Shown piece by piece: positions 42,801 through 51,966 of a stretch of DNA of 64,000 nucleotides. Source of the DNA: Balanoglossus misakiensis (Eukaryota; Animalia; Hemichordata); the NCBI GenBank assembly GCA_040954595.2, contig CM082582.2, positions 1,658,303 to 1,722,302 of the forward strand. Direction: 5' to 3'. The notes beneath the pieces were generated by a model. The model was not told where the DNA came from. It saw only the letters and a program-made list of their open reading frames with translations, and made no database searches. Position 1 is the first letter of the stretch. The number at the start of each line of letters is the position of its first letter. The translations under genes were made by a program, and so were the position numbers.

Positions 42801-45600
42801 GAAAATCATCAAAAAATGACAAATTTTCGACTTTGCAAAATCTCAAAATTTCGTCGATTTTTGAAAAAAATCATGGGTGAAAATCATCAAAAAATGACAA
42901 ATTTTCGACTTTGCAAAATCTCAAAATTTCGTAGATTTTTGAAAAAAATCATGGGTGAAAATCATCAAAAAATTACAAATTTTCGACTTTGCAAAATCTC
43001 AAAATGTTGTCGATTTTTGAGAAAAATCATGGGTTCGTTGATTTTTGAAAAAAAACATGGGTGAAAATAATCAAAAAATGACAAATTTTCGACTTTGCAA
43101 AATTTCAAAATTTCGTCGATTTTTTGAAAAAAAATCATGGGTGAAAATCATCAAAAAATGACAAATTTTCCACTTTGCAAAATCTCAAAATTTCGTAGAT
43201 TTTTGAAAAAAATCATGGGTGAAAATCATCAAAAAATGAAAAAATTTCGACTTTGCAAAATCTCAAAATTTCGTCGATTTTTGAGAAAAATCATGGGTGA
43301 AAATCATCAAAAAATTACAAATTTTCGACTTTGCAAAATCTCAAAATGTTGTCGATTTTTGAGAAAAATCATGGGTTCGTTGATTTTTGAAAAAAAACAT
43401 GGGTGAAAATCATCAAAAAATTACAAATTTTCGACTTTGCAAAATCTCAAAATTTTGTCGATTTTTGAAAAAAAATCATGGGTGAAAATCATTAATAAAT
43501 GACAAATTTTCGACTTTTCAAAATCTCAAAATTTCGCAGATTTTTGAAAAAAATCATGGGTGAAAATCATCAAAAAATGACAAATTTTAGACTTTGCAAA
43601 ATCTCAAAATTTCGTAGATTTTTGAAAAAAATCATGGGTGAAAATCATCAAAAAATGAAAAATTTTCGACTTTGCAAAATCTCAAAATTTCGTCGATTTT
43701 TGAGAAAAATCATGGGTGAAAATCATCAAAAAATGACAAATTTTCGGCTTTGCAAAATCTCAAAATTTTGTCGATTTTTGAAAAAAAATCATGGGTTCGT
43801 TGATTTTTGACAAAAAAGGGTGAAAATCATCAAAAGATTACAAATTTTCGAATTTGCAAAATCTCAAATTTCGTCGATTTTTGAAAAAAATCATGGGTGA
43901 AAATCATCAAAAAATGACAAATTTTCGACTTTGCAAAATCTCAAAATTTCGTCGATTTTTGAAAAAAATCATGGGTGAAAATCATCAAAAAATGACAAAT
44001 TTTCGACTTTGCAAAATCTCAAAATTTCGTAGATTTTTGAAAAAAAATCATGGGTGAAAATCATCAAAAAATGACAAATTTTCGGCCTTGCAAAATCTCA
44101 AAATTTTGTCTATTTTTGAAAAAAAATCATGGGTTCGTTGATTTTTGAAAAAAAAGGGTGAAAATCATCAAAAAATGAAAAAATTTCGACTTTGCAAAAT
44201 CTCAAAATTTCGTCGATTTTTGAGAAAAATCATGGGTGAAAATCATCAAAAAATGAAAAATTTTCGACTTTGCAAAATCTCAAAATTTCGTCGATTTTTG
44301 AGAAAAATCATGGGTGAAAATCATCAAAAAATGAAAAATTTTCGACTTTGCAAAATCTCAAAATTTTGTCGATTTTTGAAAAAAAATCATGGGTTCGTTG
44401 ATTTTTGACAAAAAAGGGTGAAAATCATCAAAAGATTACAAATTTTCGAATTTGCAAAATCTCAAATTTCGTCGATTTTTGAAAAAAATCATGGGTGAAA
44501 ATCATCAAAAAATGACAAATTTTCGACTTTGCAAAATCTCAAAATTTCGTCGATTTTTGAAAAAAATCATGGGTGAAAATCATCAAAAAATGACAAATTT
44601 TCGACTTTGCAAAATCTCAAAATTTCGTAGATTTTTGAAAAAAATCATGGGTGAAAATCATCAAAAAATTACAAATTTTCGGCCTTGCAAAATCTCAAAA
44701 TTTTGTCTATTTTTGAAAAAAAATCATGGGTTCGTTGATTTTTGAAAAAAAAGGGTGAAAATCATCAAAAAATGAAAAAATTTCGACTTTGCAAAATCTC
44801 AAAATTTCGTCGATTTTTGAGAAAAATCATGGGTGAAAATCATCAAAAAATGAAAAATTTTCGACTTTGCAAAATCTCAAAATTTCGTCGATTTTTGAGA
44901 AAAATCATGGGTGAAAATCATCAAAAAATGAAAAATTTTCGACTTTGCAAAATCTCAAAATGTTGTCGATTTTTGAGAAAAATCATGCGTTCGTTGATTT
45001 TTGAAAAAAAACATGGGTGAAAATCATCAAAAAATTACAAATTTTCGACTTTGCAAAATCTCAAAATTTTGTCGATTTTTGAAAAAAAATCATGGGTGAA
45101 AATCATTAATAAATGACAAATTTTCGACTTTGCAAAATCTCAAAATTTCGCAGATTTTTGAAAAAAATCATGGGTGAAAATCATCAAAAAATGACAAATT
45201 TTCGACTTTGCAAAATCTGAAATTTCGTCGATTTTTGAAAAAAATCATGGGTGAAAATAAGCAAAAAATGACAAATTTTCGACTTTGCAAAATCTCAAAA
45301 TTTTGTCGGTTTTTGAAAAAAGAAATCATGGGTGAAAATCATCAAAAAATGACAAATTTTCGACTTTGCAAAATCTCAAAATTTCGTCGATTTTTGAAAA
45401 AAATCATGGGTGAAAATCATCAAAAAATGACAAATTTTCGACTTTGCAAAATCTCAAAATTTCGTCGATTTTTGAAAAAAATCATGGGTTCGTTCAATTT
45501 TGAAAAAAAACATGGGTGAAAATCATCAAAAAATGACAAATTTTCGACTTTGCAAAATCTCAAAATTTCGTCGATTTTTGAGAAAAATCATGGGTGAAAA
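26400..45600 (+). repeat. Large duplication with offset 9735 bp; the second copy carries an internal ~2951-bp tandem duplication
   Basis: ORF pairs 27353/37088, 28252/37987, 28853/38588, 30451/40186 and 31459/41194 differ by 9735. Pairs 38950/41902, 40186/43137 and 41194/44145 differ by 2951-2952. Pairs 32056/44742 and 32522/45208 differ by 12686 (9735+2951). Boundaries approximate. Confidence 0.85.
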
Positions 45601-48600
45601 TCATCAAAAAAAATGACAAATTTTCGGCTTTGCAAAATCTCAAAATTTTGTCGATTTTTGAAAAAAAATCACGGGTGAAAATCATCAAAAAATGAGAAAT
45701 TTTCGACTTTTCAAAATCTCAAAATTTCGCAGATTTTTGAAAAAAATCATGGGTGAAAATCATCAAAAAATGACAAATTTTAGACTTTGCAAAATCTCAA
45801 AATTTCGTAGATTTTTGAAAAAAATCATGGGTGAAAATCATCAAAAAATGAAAAATTTTCGACTTTGCAAAATCTCAAAATTTCGTCGATTTTTGAGAAA
45901 AATCATGGGTGAAAATCATCAAAAAATGACAAATTTTCGGCTTTGCAAAATCTCAAAATTTTGTCGGTTTTTGAAAAAAGAAATCATGGGTGAAAATCAT
46001 CAAAAAATGACAAACTTTGGACTTTGCAAAATCTCAAAATTTCGTCGATTTTTAAAAAAAAAACATGGTGAAAATCATCAAAAAATGACAAATTTTCGAC
46101 TTTGCAAAATCTAAAAATTTTGTCGATTTTTGAAAAAAATCATGGGTGAAAATAATCAAAAAATGACAAATTTTCGACTTTGCAAAATCTCAAAATTTCG
46201 TCGGTTTTTGAAAAAAGAAATCATGGGTGAAAATCATCAAAAAATGACAAATTTTCGACTTTGCAAAATCTCAAAATTTCGTCGATTTTTGAAAAAAATC
46301 ATGGGTTCGTTCAATTTTGAAAAAAAACATGGGTGAAAATCATCAAAAAATTACAAATTTTCGACTTTGCAAAATCTCAAAATTTTGCCGATTTTTGAAA
46401 AAAAATCATGGGTGAAAATCATTAATAAATGACAAATTTTCGACTTTGCAAAATCTCAAAATTTCGTCGATTTTTGAAAAAAAATCATGGGTGAAAATCA
46501 TCAAAAAATGACAAATTTTCGACTTTGCAAAATCTCAATATTTCGTCGATTTTTGAGAAAAATCATGGGTGAAAATCATCAAAAAATGACAAATTTTCGA
46601 CTTTGCAAAATGTCAAAATTTTGTCGATTTTTGAAAAAAAATCATGGGTTCGTTGATTTTTGAAAAAAAACATGGGTGAAAATCATCAAAAAATTACAAA
46701 TTTTCGAATTTGCAAAATCTCAAAATTTCGTCGATTTTTAAAAAAAAAAACATGGGTGAAAATCATCAAAAAATGACAAATTTTCGACTTTGCAAAATCT
46801 CAAAATTTCGTAAATTTTTGAAAAAAAGTCATGGGTGAAAATCATCAAAAAATTAAAAATTTTCGTCTTTGCAAAATCTCAAAATTTCGTCGATTTTTGA
46901 AAAAAAAAATAATGGGTAAAAATCATCAAAAAATTACAATTTTTCGACTTTGCAAAATCTAAAAATTTTGTCGATTTTTGAAAAAAATCATGGGTGAAAA
47001 TCATCAAAAAATGACAAATTTTCGACTTTGCAAAATCTCAAATTTCGTCGATTTTTGAAAAAAATCATGGGTGAAAATCATCAAAAAATGATAAATTTTC
47101 GACTTTGCAAAATCTCAAAATTTCGTCGATTTTTGAAAAAAAATCATGGGTGAAAATCATCAAAAAATGACAAATTTTCGACTTTGCAAAATCTTAAAAT
47201 TTTGTCAATTTTTGAAAAGAAAAATATCATGGGTGAAAATCATCAAAAAATGAAAAATTTTCGACTTTGCAAAATCTCAAAATTTCGTAGATTTTTGAGA
47301 AAAATCATGGGTGAAAATCATCAAAAAATGACATATTTTCGACTTTGCAAAATCTCAAAATGATGTCGATTTTTGAAAAAAATCATGGGTTCGTTGATTT
47401 TTGAAAAAAAACATGGGTGAAAATCATCAAAAAATTACAAATTTTCGACTTTGCAAAATCTCAAAATTTTGTCGATTTTTGAAAAAAAATCATGGGTGAA
47501 AATCATTAATAAATGACAAATTTTCGACTTTGCAAAATCTCAAAATTTCGCAGATTTTTGAAAAAAATCATGGGTGAAAATCATCAAAAAATGACAAATT
47601 TTCGACTTTGCAAAATTTCAAAATTTCGTAGATTTTTGAAAAAAATCATGGGTGAAAATCATCAAAAAATGACAAATTTTCGACTTTGCAAAATCTCAAA
47701 TTTCGTCGATTTTTGAAAAAAATCATGGGTGAAAATCATCAAAAAATGACAAATTTTCGACTTTGCAAAATCTCAAAATTTCGTCGATTTTTGAAAAAAA
47801 ATCATGGGTGAAAATCATCAAAAAATGACAAATTTTCGACTTTGCAAAATCTGAAAATTTTGTCAATTTTTGAAAAGAAAAATATCATGGGTGAAAATCA
47901 TCAAAAAATGAAAAATTTTCGACTTTGCAAAATCTCAAAATTTCGTAGATTTTTGAGAAAAATCATGGGTGAAAATCATCAAAAAATGACATATTTTCGA
48001 CTTTGCAAAATCTCAAAATGATGTCGATTTTTGAAAAAAATCATGGGTTCGTTGATTTTTGAAAAAAAACATGGGTGAAAATCATCAAAAAATTACAAAT
48101 TTTCGACTTTGCAAAATCTCAAAATTTTGTCGATTTTTGAAAAAAAATCATGGGTGAAAATCATTAATAAATGACAAATTTTCGACTTTGCAAAATCTCA
48201 AAATTTCGCAGATTTTTGAAAAAAATCATGGGTGAAAATCATCAAAAAATGACAAATTTTCGACTTTGCAAAATTTCAAAATTTCGTAGATTTTTGAAAA
48301 AAATCATGGGTGAAAATCATCAAAAAATGAAAAATTTTCGACTTTGCAAAATCTCAAAATTTCGTCGATTTTTGAGAAAAATCATGGGTGAAAATCATCA
48401 AAAAAAATGACAAATTTTCGGCTTTGCAAAATCTCAAAATTTTGTCGATTTTTGAAAAAAAAAATCATGGGTTCGTTGATTTTTGAAAAAAAAGGGTGAA
48501 AATCATCAAAAAATTACAAATTTTCGAATTTGCAAAATCTCAAATTTCGTCGATTTTTGAAAAAAATCATGGGTGAAAATCATCAAAAAATGACAAATGT

Positions 48601-49178
48601 TCGACTTTGCAAAATCTCAAAATTTCGTCGATTTTTGAGAAAAATCATGGGTGAAAATCATCAAAAAATGACAAATTTTCGACTTTGCAAAATCTCAAAA
48701 TTTCGTCGATTTTTGAAAAAAAAATATGGGTTCGTTGATTTATGAAAAAAAACATGGGTGAAAATCATCAAAAAATGTCAAATTTTCGACTTTGCAAAAT
48801 CTCAAAATTTCGTCGATTTTTGAGAAAAATCATGGGTGAAAATCATCAAAAAATGACAAATTTTCGTCTTTGCAAAATCCGAAAATTTGGTCGAGTTTTT
48901 GAAAAAAAAATCATGGGTAAAAATCATCAAAAAATGACAAATTTTCGACTTTGCAAAATCTCAAAATTTCGTCGATTTTTGAAAAAAAACATGGGTGAAT
49001 ATCATCAAAAAATTACAAATTTTCGACTTTGCAAAATCTCAAAATTTTGTCGATTTTTGAAAAGAAAGAAATCATGGGTGAAAATCATCAAAAAATGACA
49101 AATTTTCGACTTTGCAAAATCTCAAAATTTCGTCGATTTTTGAGGACAATCATGGGTGAAAATCATGTCAGGCCTAAA

Positions 49179-49213
49179 ATATTATTTTGAAAGTTAAACT
49201 TTCAAAATAATAT
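49179..49213. repeat. Perfect 35-bp palindrome (17-bp arms, 1-nt centre)
   Basis: ATATTATTTTGAAAGTT-A-AACTTTCAAAATAATAT. Confidence 0.95.
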
Positions 49214-49575
49214 CTCCTCCCAAAAGTAAAATAAAGTTTTCGTGAAGGCAACTATAATTTTGACGCACACAATTTCAATTTCAGTGGAGTAAACTTTTTA
49301 ATTTTGACAGTAAAACTATAATTTTACTTTACACAACTCCTATTTTAGAGAACAAAAGTTTAATTTCCGAAAGCCAATTTTATTTTTTCCCGAGACTAAA
49401 ATTTTAAGACTTTTTTCCAAAATAAACTTCTAAGACTTGAGATAAAATTATCTATACTACATAGAATTATTTTATTTCCGGAAAGAAATATTTAATTTTG
49501 TAAAACTTTTTTTAAGTAACATTACTTTTCGCGGGTGAAAATTTTATTTTACAGATGTAAATATATTTTTATCTA

Positions 49576-50007
49576 ATTTCTAGTTACACAACTTATGGGG
49601 GCGCTCTTTCTATTGCTACTAATAAACTTTTTCATGAGGGCGCAATTCAGGTTTCGGCGGGCGAATTTCTTTTACATGCATGACAAAATATATTTTCAGA
49701 AAGCAAAATATTTTATTCTTCGCGGCGGAAATGAAGCTATCCCACAATTCCCGTAAATGAGGACGTTACAGGAGTACATAAATCCAACAAACAGATGAGA
49801 TGGCTATCTATCCACAGTGCAATGTTTACAGATTGTATCTACTACGACCCGGGCAGACAAATCAGGACAATCTCGCCGCCATCGTAGACCTTTAAATGAC
49901 GCTGTCGATCGAATCGAATACAAGATCCAGGGAAGTCGGTCCGTGGGAGAAATCGGCCAGGTGCGAACTTGGCTCGTAGGATCGTTTAAATTAAAGTCCT
50001 TTAAATT
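49576..50007 (+). repeat. Left arm of the high-identity inner inverted repeat (432 bp)
   Basis: Reverse complement of 50632-51070 with roughly 20 differences counted by eye (~95%), including a 5-bp indel. Confidence 0.96.
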
Positions 50008-50010
50008 CGA

Positions 50011-50366
50011 TTAAAGGGACAAAGTCTCTCTCTCGCTGCCCTTTTTGCCATTAATTATATTTGATAAAAGACAACGTTTGTTATTCTACATGTGGATACA
50101 TAGTGAATGAACATTCAACCACACACAACTTCCATACCTCTTATAGACAGGAGAGTGAAAAAAACTCGCCATAATGAATATTTGTTCTTTACAATTTATT
50201 CATTTTGGGCGAGGTTTTACTCTTATATCCTACAAACGAGATGGAAGTTGTGTGTGGTGGAATGTTGATTCACCATATATCCACATGTAGAATAACATAA
50301 ACGGCGTCTTGTATCAAACATAATTAATGGAAAAGGGCCAGCGAGAGAGAGACTTTGTCCCTTTAA
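50011..50366. mobile_element. Palindromic MITE with TTAA target duplication, T2/Kolobok type (element 50015-50362, 348 bp)
   Basis: Begins TTAA|AGGGACAAAGTCTCTCTCTCGCTG and ends CAGCGAGAGAGAGACTTTGTCCCT|TTAA. Imperfect arms continue to a centre near 50188. TTAA plus terminal AGGRR is the described signature of T2-family (Kolobok-related) MITEs. Confidence 0.85.
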
Positions 50367-50631
50367 CCGGCTATCCCTTCCAATTTCGGGTGTTTCACGT
50401 CGAGGACGGACTGAAGCAGCTCCACGCGACCACTTTGGAAAGCTCCCCGGTGACCTCATAAGCGGCAGCGCGTCCATCTACGTGATCGTTGAATTGGAGG
50501 CACGGTCCTGAGGGACCTGTCTGAGGTCATGTTTTCTAGAGCGGCTATATATAACTCATGGTGTCCTGATTAAACGGCGGCGACTGTACCACGGTCACTC
50601 CACAAACTGCCTAGGGACAGGGACAGAGCAT
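50367..50631. other. Unique, relatively GC-rich spacer (loop) of the foldback; function unknown
   Basis: The only sizeable stretch in the window with no repeat or inverted partner. Confidence 0.7.
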
Positions 50632-51070
50632 AATTTAAAGGACTTTAATTTAAACGATCCTACGAGCCAAGTTCGCACCTGGCCGATTTCTCCCACGGAC
50701 CGACTCCCCTAGATCTTGTATTCAATTTGATCGACAGCGTCATTCAAAGGTCTACGATACGTCGGCGAGATTGTCCGGATTTGTCTGCCCGGGTCGTAGT
50801 ATAGTAGATACAATCTGTAAACATTGCACTGTGGATAGATAGCCATCTCATGTGTTTGTTGGATTTATGCACTCCTGTAACGTCCTCATTTACGGGAATT
50901 GTGGGATAGCTTCATTTCCGCCGCGAAGAAAAAAATATTTCGCTTTCTGAAAATATATTTTGTCATGCATGTAAAAGAAATTCGCACGCCGAAACCTGAA
51001 TTGCGCCCTCATAACAAAAGTTTGTCAGTAGCATTAGAAAGAGCGCCCCATAAGTTGTGTTACTAGAAAT
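50632..51070 (-). repeat. Right arm of the high-identity inner inverted repeat (439 bp)
   Basis: AATTTAAAGGACTTTAATTTAAACGATCCTACGAGCC...ACTAGAAAT is the reverse complement of 49576-50007. Confidence 0.96.
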
Positions 51071-51073
51071 CAG

Positions 51074-51380
51074 TATACACATGATGACTGACAATGAGGG
51101 CAACAGTGTATTTTGATGACCGAGGGTGCTGCTAGTCACAACTAAAACAGTCTTGTTTCCCGAGGGCATAGCCCGAGGGAAAACAGACTGTTTTGGTGTG
51201 ACTGGCAGTCCCGAGGTCATTAAAAATACACTGTTGCCCGAATATGTCAGCCATCATGTGTTTTATAACACACCAAACCGATCGAACTGATGCCCAAGGC
51301 AACAGTTCGAAATGACTAAGGTCACGTAACGTCGTATTGACGAATCACGATCGAGGGTTCGCTGCATGGTGTGTTATAAA
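51074..51380. mobile_element. ~300-bp non-autonomous double-hairpin insertion (A...A' B...B'), tentatively Crypton-like
   Basis: Hairpin 1 at 51077-51261 (ACACATGATG...CATCATGTGT). Hairpin 2 bounded by perfect 14-bp inverted repeats at 51262-51275 and 51367-51380. TATA at both ends (51074-51077, 51375-51378). Absent from the left arm of the foldback. Family assignment is inference. Confidence 0.7.
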
Positions 51381-51392
51381 TTAAATTGATCC

Positions 51393-51730
51393 CTGTAAAA
51401 TAAACTTTTCACCCGGGAAAAATAATTTGTTACATTAGTAAATATTTGTTTTTTCTTAAACAATAAAAACATTTTGTTTTAAAAAGTTAAATAATTCCAT
51501 CGAGTACATATAATTTTATCTCGAGTGTTTAAAGGTTATTTAAATGTAAATTAAAATTTAACTCCGTAAAATATTTTCACCTGGGAAAAATAATTTGTTA
51601 TTTTACAAAATGAACTTTTTCTTTAAAAATTAAAACATACCTTTTTGAAAAAAAATCCACGTAGTATGAATAAGTTTATCTCAAGTTGTTACTGTTTATT
51701 TTGGACAAAATAAATCCTTATTTAAATATT
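51393..51730 (+). repeat. Degenerate direct duplication, period ~168 bp, in the right outer arm
   Basis: TTTTCACC(C/T)GGGAAAAATAATTTGTTA at ~51406 and ~51574; TAA(T/G)TTTATCTC(G/A)AGT at ~51511 and ~51671. Confidence 0.75.
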
Positions 51731-51966
51731 ATTCTTGGAAAAAATAAAATTTTCTTTCGAAAAATAAAATTTGGTTCTCTAAAATAAAATTTGTGATAAT
51801 TAAAATTAAAGTTTTACTGTCAAAATCAAAAAGTTTTGTCCATCAAAATTAGTTGCCGCCACCAAAATTAAAGTTTACTACTTGGGAAATAATATTGTCT
51901 ATCTAAAATTAAAGTTTAACTTTCAAAATAATAAATTAAAATTGACGTGTAGGGGCCACGATAAAA

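Larger units (their letters stand above)
1..49166 (+). repeat. Satellite array, ~78-bp monomer, left subfamily, forward orientation (runs off the window start)
   Basis: Continuous tandem copies of the 78-bp consensus (26-codon period MGENHQKMTNFRLCKISKFRRFLKKI in the ORF track). Length varies mainly in the A-tract. The last monomer stops at ...GGGTGAAAATCAT (49166). Confidence 0.98.
49164..51963. mobile_element. Non-coding foldback-like island: long inverted arms (~49164-50007 and 50632-~51949) with nested insertions
   Basis: Colinear reverse-complement anchors: TATTATTTTGAAAGTTAAACTTT 49180-49202 vs 51911-51933; TTTTGACAGTAAAACT ~49302 vs ~51810; ACTTGAGATAAA ~49435 vs ~51675; GGGTGAAAATTTTATTTTACAG ~49533 vs ~51393; plus the high-identity inner arms. 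No transposase ORF and no TSD seen, so mobility is inferred. Confidence 0.6.

Noticed and set aside
49533-49542. GGGTGAAAAT shared between the island arm and the satellite monomer as evidence of origin
   Set aside because: Only 10 bp with no extended alignment; cannot be separated from chance.
50011-50366. piggyBac assignment for the TTAA element
   Set aside because: piggyBac ends begin CC(C/T) after TTAA; here they begin AGGGA, which fits T2/Kolobok.
50385-50430. HDV-like ribozyme suggested by TTCACGTCG
   Set aside because: Flanking bases cannot form P3 and no P1/P2 nested pseudoknot was found by eye.
49817-51220. ORFs 49817-50014, 50223-50477 and 50963-51220
   Set aside because: Short, cross element boundaries, and show no transposase, recombinase or RT motifs.
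51282-51315. Hammerhead ribozyme suggested by CTGATG...GAAA
   Set aside because: Core is CTGATGC rather than CTGANGA, and the bases sit in a simple hairpin.
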